Below, in pieces: positions 9,236 through 17,995 of a stretch of 46,435 nucleotides of DNA (positions are counted from its first letter, which is position 1; each line of letters starts with the position of its first letter). The notes beneath the pieces are model-generated. The model worked only from the letters and a program-made list of their open reading frames with translations, did not search any database and was not told the DNA's origin. This DNA comes from Chthoniobacterales bacterium (GTDB lineage Bacteria > Verrucomicrobiota > Verrucomicrobiia > Chthoniobacterales > UBA10450), in assembly GCA_038233495.1 (NCBI GenBank), contig JBBSLW010000001.1, positions 1 to 46,435 of the forward strand, in the 5' to 3' direction. The position numbers were made by a program, and so were the translations under genes.

Positions 9236-9904
9236 CTAGCCGAAGCGCTTCGCGATCACTTCCTCCGGGCGCAGGACGCGGCCGTGCCAGGTGAATCCGC
9301 ACTTCAGGCGTTTCACGATCTTGCCGTCGTCTTCCGCACAATCGGTCGGCTCCACGCTGATCACGCGATGGAGAGTGCGATCGATGGTTTCCTTCGCTTC
9401 CAGTTCGCTGACCTCGAACCGGTGCAGGATCTCGAGCAGGAAATGAACGGCGTTATCGAGATTGGCGCGGGACTGGCTGTCGGCCGCCTTGCCTCTCTTC
9501 GTCTCCGCCGTTTCGAGCTGGCGGGCGATCGCGCTCAGGTCGTCGAACAGAACAAGCAGGTCGCGGATGAACGGTTTTTGGAGGGATTCGCGCACAAAAT
9601 TATCGCGATAGCTGAGCAACTCCTCGTGCAGCGTATCGAAGAGCTTTTGATTCACGCTCTCGCTCTCCCGCATCGCGTTGAGTTGCTCCTCGATTTTTTG
9701 GAAATGGAGCTGCTCGAATTTCCCGAGGAACGATTCCTCGAGCGCCTCGATTCGCTGGCCGAGCGAATGGACCGCGCTGATCAGGATCGAAATGCCGGCC
9801 GCATCCGCCAGGCCGGCCTTGAGCGCGGCCGGGGAAGCCGCCTGGGCACTCAGCTCCTGCATTACGGCGGCGAAATCGGATTCGATGGCGGTCAGTTCGC
9901 TCAT
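9236..9904 (-). CDS. GrpE-like nucleotide exchange factor
   Basis: 222 aa. A long N-terminal helix is followed by LHEELLSYRDNF, FIRDLLVLFDDL, ILHRFEVSELEA and a C-terminal beta motif (GKIVKRLKCGFTWHGRVLRPEEV), which resembles GrpE topology. Confidence 0.65.
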   Translation of the reverse strand: MSELTAIESDFAAVMQELSAQAASPAALKAGLADAAGISILISAVHSLGQRIEALEESFLGKFEQLHFQKIEEQLNAMRESESVNQKLFDTLHEELLSYRDNFVRESLQKPFIRDLLVLFDDLSAIARQLETAETKRGKAADSQSRANLDNAVHFLLEILHRFEVSELEAKETIDRTLHRVISVEPTDCAEDDGKIVKRLKCGFTWHGRVLRPEEVIAKRFG

Positions 9905-9913
9905 TGCTTCAAA

Positions 9914-11437
9914 TTAACGCCGGCCAAAAAACCGCACGATCGCGTCGACCAGCCCGGGAACGTCGTGCCGGGTCGCTTCCACCGCGATCGTTAGGCCGCG
10001 ATCCCGTGCAGTCTGCGCGGTGATCGGCCCGATGCTGGCGACCTGCATCCCCTCCGGCCACGACAGGCCGAGCGCGAGGAAACTTTCTACTGTCGATGAA
10101 CTGGTAAAAGTGATCATATCTGCGCCTTCGGCCGCCAGTCGTGTCCTCGCCTCTGTCCGGTCGCTTGTTTCCGCGACCGTCCGGTAGGCAAGGGCAACAT
10201 CGACAATGGCTCCCAAGGCTCCGAGCTCCTTCGGTAGCAGGTCCCGCGCCTCTTCCGCCCGCGCGATCAAAATCCGCAGATTTTCGATGTCTCCCTCTTT
10301 CTTGAATTCCTTCACCACCGCCTCGGCTACGAACACCTCCGGCTGCAGGTCGACCTTAAGATGAAACTCCCGCACCCGCTGCGCGGTCGCCGGTCCGATC
10401 GCCGCGATTCGCGCCCCGCCGATATCACGCGCGTCGCCATAGAGTTTGTAGAACATCTCGAAAAACGCGGTCACGCCATTCGGACTGGTGAAGACGATCC
10501 AGTCATAGCCATGGGCGTCCTGCACCAGCTCGGCAAAAGCGCGCAGATCGCTCGGCGGCTCGATCCGGATGGTCGGCAACTCGATCACCTCAGCCCCGAA
10601 GTCGCGCAGCCGTTCGCTCAAGGCGCCGGCCTGTTTTCGCGTCCGCGTGACCACGATCCGTTTCCCGGCCAGCGGACGCTTCTTCTGCCAGTCGAGTTCC
10701 TTGCCTAACGATACCACCTCGCCGAAGATCGCGACCGCCGGAGGCGCGAAATTCTGCTCCGCCACCTGCTGCGCGATCGTCGCCAGGGTGTCCCGCACCA
10801 CCTCCTGGCGCCCGGTCGTTCCCCAGCGCACGAGCGCGACCGGCAGATCCGCGCGCACCCCGCGCGCCATCATTTCCCCGGCGATCGTCTCGATCCGCTC
10901 CACGCCCATCAGCATGACCTGCGTCCCGCCGAGCTTGGCCAGGGCATCGAAATCGATCGAGCTCTCCGTTTTCTCGGGATCCTCGTGCCCGGTGAAAAAT
11001 GTGACGTGCGACGTCATCCCGCGATGCGTCACCGGAATCCCGGCATACGCGGGCGCGGCGATCGCCGAGGTGACGCCCGGCACGACTTCGAAGCCGAGCG
11101 CAGCGGCGACCAGCGCCTGCGCTTCCTCGCCGCCACGGCCGAAGAGGAAGGGATCGCCGCCTTTTAGCCTAACGACCTGCTTGCCCTCGCCTGTTTTCTC
11201 GACCAGGAGCGCGTTGATCTCATCCTGCTTGAGGGTGTGCGCGCCGGCTTTTTTCCCGGCATAAATGATCTCGGCCGATTCCGGCGCCCACTGCAGCATT
11301 TCGGGATTGCAGAGATAATCGTAAACCACCACCTCGGCCCGCTCGATCAGTTGCTTCGCGCGCAAGGTGACGAGCCCGAGATCGCCCGGACCCGCCCCGA
11401 CCAGGTAGCAACGTCCGATTTTTTTCTTATCCGCCAT
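9914..11437 (-). CDS. cobA-hemD: uroporphyrinogen-III C-methyltransferase / uroporphyrinogen-III synthase fusion
   Basis: 507 aa. The N-terminal half has the SUMT signature (CYLVGAGPGDLGLVTLRAKQLIERAEVVVYD, RLKGGDPFLFGRGGEE). The C-terminal half is HemD-like (GKRIVVTRTRKQAGALSERL). It overlaps the hemC end by 11 nt. Confidence 0.85.
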   Translation of the reverse strand: MADKKKIGRCYLVGAGPGDLGLVTLRAKQLIERAEVVVYDYLCNPEMLQWAPESAEIIYAGKKAGAHTLKQDEINALLVEKTGEGKQVVRLKGGDPFLFGRGGEEAQALVAAALGFEVVPGVTSAIAAPAYAGIPVTHRGMTSHVTFFTGHEDPEKTESSIDFDALAKLGGTQVMLMGVERIETIAGEMMARGVRADLPVALVRWGTTGRQEVVRDTLATIAQQVAEQNFAPPAVAIFGEVVSLGKELDWQKKRPLAGKRIVVTRTRKQAGALSERLRDFGAEVIELPTIRIEPPSDLRAFAELVQDAHGYDWIVFTSPNGVTAFFEMFYKLYGDARDIGGARIAAIGPATAQRVREFHLKVDLQPEVFVAEAVVKEFKKEGDIENLRILIARAEEARDLLPKELGALGAIVDVALAYRTVAETSDRTEARTRLAAEGADMITFTSSSTVESFLALGLSWPEGMQVASIGPITAQTARDRGLTIAVEATRHDVPGLVDAIVRFFGRR

Positions 11438-12335
11438 AAAGTTGTTCCATCAGTTTGGTTGCGATCGCTTCGGGATCGTCCGGCGAACCCGCCGCCCTTC
11501 CCGTTCGCGGCGCCTCCGTCTCCGCCTCGAAAACCTGCGCCTGTATCCGCAGCGCGCCCTCCACGAGCCGGGCCTGAACGCCGACCGGCGAATCGCAATC
11601 GCCATCCAAGAGTCGCAGAAATTCGCGCTCCGCGCGCAGGCAAAGATGCGTCGCGCGATCGTCCACCGCGTCGATTAATTCCCGCACCCGCTCGTCGTCC
11701 CGCCGCACCTGCAGCGCGATCACGCCCTGGCCGCCGGCCGGGAGAAAATCCTCCGCGGCCAGAACCTCGCCTTCGACTTCAAGCCCGAGGCGTTCCACGC
11801 CGGCCCGTGCCAAAATGATTCCGCTCCAGTCTCCATTCTCGCGCAGCTTGCGCAGCCGGGTCGGCACGTTGCCACGCAGCTCGGCGACCTTCAGGTCGGG
11901 CCTTTTCCAAAGCAGCTGTCGCTCTCGCCGGATGCTGCCGGTGCCGATCACCCCTCCGCTCGGGATTGTCGTTAGGCCACCGTCGCTTCTGGTGATGAGC
12001 AGATCTTCCGTGCCGGCGCGCGGGAGAGTCGCGCGCAACTCCAGCTCCTCCTGGCGTTCGCTCGGGAGATCTTTCGCGCTATGCACCGCGACGTCGATTC
12101 GCCTAACGAGAAGTTCTTTTTCGATCTCCCGGGTGAACATTCCCTTCCGGCCCGCCTTCCGATCCACGATCGGCGCTTCCGCCCGGGTCCCTTCGTCGCC
12201 GCTCGTCCGGATGATTTCGATCATCACCTCGATCTCCGGCCAGGCCGCCCGCAGCGCCTGCTCGACCAGCCGCGCCTGCGCCCGCGCGAGATCGCTCCCG
12301 CGCGATCCGAGAATGATCCTCTTCGGCGTGCCCAC
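11427..12335 (-). CDS. hemC: hydroxymethylbilane synthase (porphobilinogen deaminase)
   Basis: 302 aa with RIILGSRGSDLARAQ, IIRTSGD, IDVAVHSAKDLP, RGNVPTRLRKL and a late cysteine in the C-terminal region (GDCDSPVG). GTG start abutting the hemA stop. Confidence 0.9.
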   Translation of the reverse strand: MGTPKRIILGSRGSDLARAQARLVEQALRAAWPEIEVMIEIIRTSGDEGTRAEAPIVDRKAGRKGMFTREIEKELLVRRIDVAVHSAKDLPSERQEELELRATLPRAGTEDLLITRSDGGLTTIPSGGVIGTGSIRRERQLLWKRPDLKVAELRGNVPTRLRKLRENGDWSGIILARAGVERLGLEVEGEVLAAEDFLPAGGQGVIALQVRRDDERVRELIDAVDDRATHLCLRAEREFLRLLDGDCDSPVGVQARLVEGALRIQAQVFEAETEAPRTGRAAGSPDDPEAIATKLMEQLYGG

Positions 12336-13385
12336 TCAGCTTTCCGAGGTGCGGAGCGAAGGTTCGCCGATCGTTCGTTCCCGCGCCGCGACGAACCAGC
12401 CGCTGAAATCGCCGACATGCCCCGCGATGATTTCCTCGCCGGCCGCGATCTGCTCGCGGCGCTGGGCGAGCGATTGCTGCGCGATCGATTGCAGGGAATC
12501 GATGTCGTAAAGAAAGACGCCTTCCATCTCGTTCACGTCCGGCGCGACGTCGCGCGGGACGGCGATGTCGATGATAAAAAGCGGGCGATCGAGCCGGTCG
12601 CGCAGGAGCGGCGCGAGATTGCTCTGGGTCACGATCGGGCTCGTCGCCGCGGTCGAGGAAATCAAGATATCGACTTCGCGGCAGTGCGTTTCCCATTCCT
12701 CCATCGGCACGGCCGAGCCCGAGATCAGATTGGCGAGAGCCTGGGCGCGTTCGACCGATCGGTTCGCCACCCGGATGTCGCGCACCCCGCGTTTCACGAG
12801 CGCGCGCGCCGTGCGTTCGCTTGCTTCGCCCGCGCCGAGGAGCAGCACTTTGCGTTTCTCGAAATGGCCGAAAATTTTCGCTGCCAGATCGACCGCAACC
12901 GAGCCGACCGAGACCGCCCCGCGCGTGATATCGGTCCGGGTGCGAACCTGCTTCGCAACCCGGAAGGCGCGCTGGAAGAGCCGGTGCAGGAAAGGGCCGG
13001 CCGCGCCGCTTTCGCGCGCGGCGGCGTAGGCTTTCTTGGCTTGCCCAAGGATTTCGGTTTCGCCGATCACCATGGAATCGAGCCCGGAGGCGACGCGGAA
13101 AAGATGCTGCACGCAATGGAGCGCCTCGTGCCGGTAAAACGCGTCCACTTCTTCGCCCAACGGAGTCGTGTTCGCCGCGAGCAGGCAGTGCGCAATCCGC
13201 TCAGTCGGGATCGGGTGCTCGGCCGCGGCATAGACCTCGACGCGATTACAAGTCGTGAGCAGGAGCACTTCCGTGCAGCCGAGTTCTTCGCGCAGCCTGC
13301 GATCGACCGCAGCGTGCCCGGCGAAACGCTCGCGCAGCTCGACGTCCGCGGTGTGATGGCTGAGGCCGACGCAGAAAAGATTCAT
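12336..13385 (-). CDS. hemA: glutamyl-tRNA reductase
   Basis: True start taken as MNLFCVGLSHHTADVELRERF (ATG is the complement of 13383-13385). Motifs TCNRVEVY, GETEILGQ and a Rossmann LLLGAGEASE. The upstream 140 aa of the 489-aa track ORF lie antisense/overlapping the ccsA-like gene. About 349 aa, which is shortish. Confidence 0.88.
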   Translation of the reverse strand: MNLFCVGLSHHTADVELRERFAGHAAVDRRLREELGCTEVLLLTTCNRVEVYAAAEHPIPTERIAHCLLAANTTPLGEEVDAFYRHEALHCVQHLFRVASGLDSMVIGETEILGQAKKAYAAARESGAAGPFLHRLFQRAFRVAKQVRTRTDITRGAVSVGSVAVDLAAKIFGHFEKRKVLLLGAGEASERTARALVKRGVRDIRVANRSVERAQALANLISGSAVPMEEWETHCREVDILISSTAATSPIVTQSNLAPLLRDRLDRPLFIIDIAVPRDVAPDVNEMEGVFLYDIDSLQSIAQQSLAQRREQIAAGEEIIAGHVGDFSGWFVAARERTIGEPSLRTSES

Positions 13386-14176
13386 CAGAGGGAGCGGGTC
13401 TGGGACAAAAAAGTAATGCCCCAGAGGAGCGAGAGCGCGGCGGTGAAAGCGACCACGCAAAGCGCGGCAATGGCGCGCGGCGCGGTCGTGCCGAGATGGC
13501 GCGCGAAGAGAATGGCGGCGTAGAAAAGCCACACGCCTAACGACCACGCGATCTTGACGTAGGGCAGCGGTTGGCCAGTGAAGAAGCCGGCCGCAATCCC
13601 GACCGTGAGCAACGCGAACCCGAGCCAGAGCAGCCGGGTGATGGCCGCAAAAAGATCGGTCAACGGGGGGAAATGATAAAACATCGAGTTGAGCCGGCGC
13701 CGTTTCAGCTGGCGCTCCTGGACCAGATACATCAGCCCGGCGACGCAGGCGAGGGCGAAGGCGCCGTAGGCGATGAGCGAAACTGAGGCGTGCAACTCCA
13801 GCCAAGGCGAAGGGTCGAGCTGCCGCGGGTGCCGTTGATCGATCAACGCAAGGAGCGCGAAGGTTTGCAAACCAAAGACGAGCGGCGCGGTAAAAGCGCC
13901 CATCAGCGAGAGTCGGTAAGCCGGGCCGACGAGCAGATAGATGAGCGAGACCGACCAGGCGAGGAAGATAAAAACTTCGAAGAGACTGGTCAGCGGACAG
14001 CGCCCGAGCGCCTGCCCGCGCACGGTCAGGAATGCGGTCTGCAAGACGAACCCAAGCGCGATTGCGAAGAAGTTAAAACCGGCCGGCTGATAGTTTCCCC
14101 CGCGGATCGCGACCACGGTGCGGACCATGGCCAGGAAAAAGAAAAGAGTTGAGACGAGCAGGAGCTCACGGTCCAT
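13385..14176 (-). CDS. cytochrome c assembly protein CcsA/HemX-like membrane protein
   Basis: Polytopic membrane protein starting MDRELLLVSTLFFFLAMV... (ATG at 14176) and sitting directly upstream of hemA, as hemX does in hemAXCD-type operons. TGATG overlap with hemA. Confidence 0.65.
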   Translation of the reverse strand: MDRELLLVSTLFFFLAMVRTVVAIRGGNYQPAGFNFFAIALGFVLQTAFLTVRGQALGRCPLTSLFEVFIFLAWSVSLIYLLVGPAYRLSLMGAFTAPLVFGLQTFALLALIDQRHPRQLDPSPWLELHASVSLIAYGAFALACVAGLMYLVQERQLKRRRLNSMFYHFPPLTDLFAAITRLLWLGFALLTVGIAAGFFTGQPLPYVKIAWSLGVWLFYAAILFARHLGTTAPRAIAALCVVAFTAALSLLWGITFLSQTRSL

Positions 14177-14605
14177 CGCGGGAGAAAGTAAGAGGCAGGG
14201 CCGGGATTGGCAATGACTGGCCGGCGGGGTCTCCCCGAGGGGCGCGCATCCTGCTACCTGTTCGCCGCATGAACACCTCGCTGCGCATGGCCGCTCGCAA
14301 GCCAGCATTCCAAGAGGAGATCAACGGACTGGAGCGCGCTCTCGATGGGGCTTATTCCCGCCTCCGCGTGCGGGCGCGGGCGGTCTGGAAAACTCATCAG
14401 GCTGGAAGGAAAGAGCCGTCCGACGCCTGTGTCAGCGTGCGCGTCACGACTGGGCGGCCCTCCGCAGCTCCGATGCGCAGAGCGACTCGCCATCCACTTC
14501 CGGCCTGGGCCTCGGCCTGACCTCCGAGGTTCTTCGCAAGACGGTCCAAGCATTTTGGCCCGTCGCGCGCGTTGACGATTCGCGCCGACCCGCTAGCCTC
14601 CCGCC

Positions 14606-15136
14606 ATGATTGCTGACTCGATCGATCGTCTCCGCGCGGGCATCCGCGACGTGCCTAATTTTCCCAAGCACGGGATCGTCTTTAAGGACATCACCCCGAT
14701 CCTGGTCGACGCCGAGCTTTTCCGCGCGTCGATCGATGTTTTCCTCGACCGCTGCCGCAACCTGCCGATCGACAAGGTGGTCGGGATCGATGCGCGCGGG
14801 TTCCTTTTCGGCTCGGCTGTCGCTTATGCGCTCGGCGTCGGTTTTGTCCCAATTCGCAAAAAAGGCAAACTGCCTTTCAAGACCGCGAGTGCTGCCTATT
14901 CGCTCGAATACGGCGACGCGGAAATGGAGATGCACGTCGACAGCATCGAGCCGGGCGAAAAGATCGTCCTGATCGATGACCTGCTCGCGACCGGAGGCAC
15001 CTCGGCCGCGGCGGCGGCGTTGATCAAGAAAATCGGCGGCGAATTGCTCGAGGCGCAGTTCCTGATCGAACTGGAGTTTTTGCACGGGCGCGAAAAACTC
15101 GCGCCCACCCCGGTCGTCGGGTTCCTGAAATTTTAG
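14606..15136 (+). CDS. apt: adenine phosphoribosyltransferase
   Basis: 176 aa with IRDVPNFPKHGIVFKDITPIL and the PRPP loop VLIDDLLATGGT. Confidence 0.92.
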   Translation: MIADSIDRLRAGIRDVPNFPKHGIVFKDITPILVDAELFRASIDVFLDRCRNLPIDKVVGIDARGFLFGSAVAYALGVGFVPIRKKGKLPFKTASAAYSLEYGDAEMEMHVDSIEPGEKIVLIDDLLATGGTSAAAAALIKKIGGELLEAQFLIELEFLHGREKLAPTPVVGFLKF

Positions 15137-15137
15137 A

Positions 15138-15206
15138 CAGGATTAACAGGATTTTTCAGGATTGAGAGACGGTGTTCGTTTTCTTCCAACAATCCGGTAA
15201 ATCCTG
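15138..15206. repeat. phased CAGGATT direct repeats plus inverted copy between convergent genes
   Basis: CAGGATT occurs at 15138, 15147 and 15157 (spacing 9-10 nt). The reverse complement AATCCTG is at 15200, with near-copy AATCCGG at 15191. The element lies between the apt stop (15136) and the stop of the minus-strand gene (15220). Confidence 0.7.
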
Positions 15207-15219
15207 TCCAATCATCTGC

Positions 15220-15645
15220 TCAACTGCAGGCACAGCCGTGCCCGCAGCCTTCGCTCCGATCGTCCACCAACACGCCGACGCGAATCTCCTGCAGCGCGAG
15301 CTGGTCGTGGATCGCGTTGAGCAGATCGAGCGCGCGCCCTTCCGGCATTTCCGCGCAGTGCAGTTCGATCCGCGCGTTTTTCCCGGCCAACTCCGGATGC
15401 GCCTCGGCCAATTCCCCGTCGAGAAGAAACGAAACGTAGGCGTTAAATTTTTCCTGAAGCTGGAAAAGCTGCCGCTCGGAATCGTCCCACGACCGCGGCT
15501 CGAACATGACGAGGAGCACTTCGTCGGTCTTTGAGTCGTGCGCGAAAAAATCGATCACGCCCGCCTGCTGTAATCCGCTTGGGGAAACATCGGCCCCTTC
15601 CACGGCCTCGAGCGCATCCGGGTCGGTCTCGGGTTGGTTGGACAT
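15220..15645 (-). CDS. hypothetical acidic protein with Cys-rich C-terminus
   Basis: 141-aa ORF with ATG start and coding-like composition (VIDFFAHDSKTDEVLLVMFEPRSWDDSERQLFQLQEKFNAYVSFLLDGEL). It ends ...EGCGHGCACS. I do not recognise a family. Confidence 0.55.
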   Translation of the reverse strand: MSNQPETDPDALEAVEGADVSPSGLQQAGVIDFFAHDSKTDEVLLVMFEPRSWDDSERQLFQLQEKFNAYVSFLLDGELAEAHPELAGKNARIELHCAEMPEGRALDLLNAIHDQLALQEIRVGVLVDDRSEGCGHGCACS

Positions 15646-15707
15646 CGCGGCGCGATCCTACAGAGATTTTTCTGGTTTCGCAATCCGCCGCGGCCTTAAG
15701 CTGCGCC

Positions 15708-16571
15708 ATGCGAAAGCTTCTCTTCGCATTCCTCGCCCTCGCAATCGTTAGGGCCGGACCAGCTTTGGCCCAGTTCTCGCCGGCTTTCGTTCAGAACGCC
15801 AGCTACTGGAACGACGGGAAAGCCGAGTTCGATATCTACGACGCCCAGATCATGCGCTACGGCCAGCCCCGCCAGACCGAGGCGCTCCACATTCTCGTGC
15901 GCGAGCCCTTTGATCTCCGGCAACTGGTCAAGGCGGATGACTGGCAGCGCAAAGACGTCATCCCGGTCCTGAAGATGAACCAGATCCTGCACATCCCGAC
16001 CGGGCTCTACGTTTATCAGCAGATGCATTCCAACTTCTGGCGGGCGGACAACGCGCGTCTCGCGAAATTTTCCCTGACGAGCAACGACAGTTGCGGCAAC
16101 ACCTTCAAGGAAGCGCGCCGCGGCGCGGAGATTTTCACCTACCTCTGGCACACCTACTGGGATGGAATGGCCGACGGTCGCGAGAAGGTGACGCTCCCGC
16201 CTAACGGATTCTTCTACGACGAACTGCCGCTTCGGGTGAGGACGATCGACTTCTCGAAGCCGGCCGGCGATTTCCAGATTCAGCTCGCGCCCACCATTAT
16301 CAATTCGAAGAAGGACAACCTCGTCTGGAAACCGGCCGAAGTGCATTACGAATCGACCGACCGCGCGATTTACGTCACGGTGAAATCCAACGCGGGGATC
16401 GATCGCTTCATGCTCGACCGCGATTTTCCCTACCTGCTCCGGAAATGGGAGGCCGCGGATGGCAGCCGCTATCAATTGAAGCGCAGCCTCAAGGTCGACT
16501 ACTGGAACTATCACGGCCTCGACGATCGCAAACGCGCGCTCCTCAATCCGAAGCTCCAGCATCCGGACTAA
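15708..16571 (+). CDS. hypothetical secreted protein
   Basis: The ATG at 15708 gives a signal-peptide-like MRKLLFAFLALAIVRAGPALAQ. The remaining 287 aa are coding-like with balanced composition. I do not recognise a family. Confidence 0.6.
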   Translation: MRKLLFAFLALAIVRAGPALAQFSPAFVQNASYWNDGKAEFDIYDAQIMRYGQPRQTEALHILVREPFDLRQLVKADDWQRKDVIPVLKMNQILHIPTGLYVYQQMHSNFWRADNARLAKFSLTSNDSCGNTFKEARRGAEIFTYLWHTYWDGMADGREKVTLPPNGFFYDELPLRVRTIDFSKPAGDFQIQLAPTIINSKKDNLVWKPAEVHYESTDRAIYVTVKSNAGIDRFMLDRDFPYLLRKWEAADGSRYQLKRSLKVDYWNYHGLDDRKRALLNPKLQHPD

Positions 16572-16587
16572 CGAGCTGAAGTTCAGT

Positions 16588-17040
16588 TTGAAGCGGCGCG
16601 GTCGAATCGTAGGTTCCGCGGTGGCGAAGAAAAAACTCAAACTCCTCGGTCGCAGTGAAACCCGCGTCCCGTCCTCCCCTTCCTCCGGCATTCTCGAGAC
16701 GTTTAAGAACCCGACCGCGCGGCCCTATTGGATCCGGTTCGAGTCGGCCGATTTCACCTCGCTCTGTCCGATCACCGGACAGGCCGATTTCGCGCAGATC
16801 ACGATCGATTACCAGCCGGCCGTGCGCTGCCTCGAGACGAAATCGGTCAAATTCTACCTCGCCTCTTTTCGCAACGAACGCGCCTTCAACGAAGAAGTCG
16901 CCAACCACATCCTGGATGATCTCGTTAATGTGGCGGCGCCACAAAAAATGATCGTGACCGCCGAGTTCGCTTCCCGCGGCGGGATCAGCCTCACGATCAC
17001 CGCCTCTCATCCGGATGATCCGTCCGCGGCGGCGCGATGA
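16588..17040 (+). CDS. queF: NADPH-dependent 7-cyano-7-deazaguanine reductase
   Basis: ILETFKNP...[22 protein letters not shown]...[12 protein letters not shown] matches the type-I QueF signature. The start is uncertain: TTG at 16588 or GTG at 16621. The stop overlaps the queC ATG (ATGA). Confidence 0.88.
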   Translation: MKRRGRIVGSAVAKKKLKLLGRSETRVPSSPSSGILETFKNPTARPYWIRFESADFTSLCPITGQADFAQITIDYQPAVRCLETKSVKFYLASFRNERAFNEEVANHILDDLVNVAAPQKMIVTAEFASRGGISLTITASHPDDPSAAAR

Positions 17041-17723
17041 AGCGGGCGGTCGTTCTCCTCAGCGGCGGACTCGATTCCGCCACCACGCTCGCGCTTTGCC
17101 GGGCCGACGGCTACGACGCCTACGCGCTTTCTTTTCGTTACGGCCAGCGGCACGAGCGGGAAATCGAAGCGGCCAGACGGGTCGCGGATTCGTTAGGGGC
17201 GAGGGAACACCGAATCGCGCAGATCGATCTGCGGGTTTTCGCCGGCTCCGCCCTGACCGCGGAAATCGCGGTGCCGAAGGCGCGCTCCGAGTCGGAGATG
17301 GAGAGCGTCATTCCGATCACCTACGTGCCGGCGCGGAACACGATTTTTCTCTCCTACGCCCTGGCCTGGGCGGAGGTGCTGGAGACGACCGATATTTTCC
17401 TGGGCGTGAACGCAGTCGATTACAGCGGCTACCCCGATTGCCGGCCGGCGTTCATCCGCAAGTTTGAAGAGCTGGCCAATCTCGCGACCCGGGCCGGAGT
17501 CGAGGGGACGGCGCGATTTCAGATTCATGCCCCGCTCATCGCGCTGAGCAAGGCCGAGATCATCCGGCGGGGCATTTCGTTAGGCATGGATTACGGCCAG
17601 ACGCACAGTTGCTACGACCCGACACCAGACAGCCGGGCCTGCGGGACCTGCGATTCCTGCCAGCTGCGCTTGAAAGGTTTTCGCGAGGCTGGCCTGACCG
17701 ATCCGATCCCCTACGCCTCATGA
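17037..17723 (+). CDS. queC: 7-cyano-7-deazaguanine synthase
   Basis: 228 aa with [23 protein letters not shown] and the C-terminal zinc cysteines SCYDP...[10 protein letters not shown]. Confidence 0.92.
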   Translation: MKRAVVLLSGGLDSATTLALCRADGYDAYALSFRYGQRHEREIEAARRVADSLGAREHRIAQIDLRVFAGSALTAEIAVPKARSESEMESVIPITYVPARNTIFLSYALAWAEVLETTDIFLGVNAVDYSGYPDCRPAFIRKFEELANLATRAGVEGTARFQIHAPLIALSKAEIIRRGISLGMDYGQTHSCYDPTPDSRACGTCDSCQLRLKGFREAGLTDPIPYAS

Positions 17724-17971
17724 AACGCCGCGGGAAGTACGGCCTCTTCCTCCTCACGACCGAGGAACAGCGCGCGATTGCCTTTGTGGTGCTGGCCGTC
17801 GCGCTCGGGCTGCTGACGAAACATTATCGTCACGAGCACGCCCCCAGGCCCGCGCCTCTGCCGGAGCCGACCGCCTTCAGCACCCCGGCTTCTTCCACAC
17901 CGGCCAGGCGCCACCGCGCTTCCCCCGCGCCGGCCAGACCCTCCCGGGCCACCCCTTCACCCTCTCGTTAG
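17720..17971 (+). CDS. possible small single-pass membrane protein with Pro/Ala/Ser-rich tail
   Basis: The ATG overlaps the queC stop (ATGA). The product starts [32 protein letters not shown] and has one TM segment. The tail is low-complexity, so the call is tentative. Confidence 0.4.
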   Translation: MKRRGKYGLFLLTTEEQRAIAFVVLAVALGLLTKHYRHEHAPRPAPLPEPTAFSTPASSTPARRHRASPAPARPSRATPSPSR

Positions 17972-17995
17972 GCGACGACACCCCGCGCTTTTGCC

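Noticed and set aside
14398-14417. caggctggaaggaaagagcc resembles the conserved SRP (4.5S) RNA domain IV sequence CAGGUCCGGAAGGAAGCAGCC.
   Set aside because: The highly conserved GCAGC of the 3' side is replaced by AGAGC. I also could not build the flanking long helix: only about 4 bp pair. This is most likely a chance similarity.
14217-14609. A 130-codon open frame upstream of apt that ends in an ATGA overlap with the apt start, suggestive of a coupled upstream gene.
   Set aside because: The frame contains no ATG, GTG or TTG codon anywhere. Only its last ~60 codons look vaguely protein-like, and it is absent from the ORF track.
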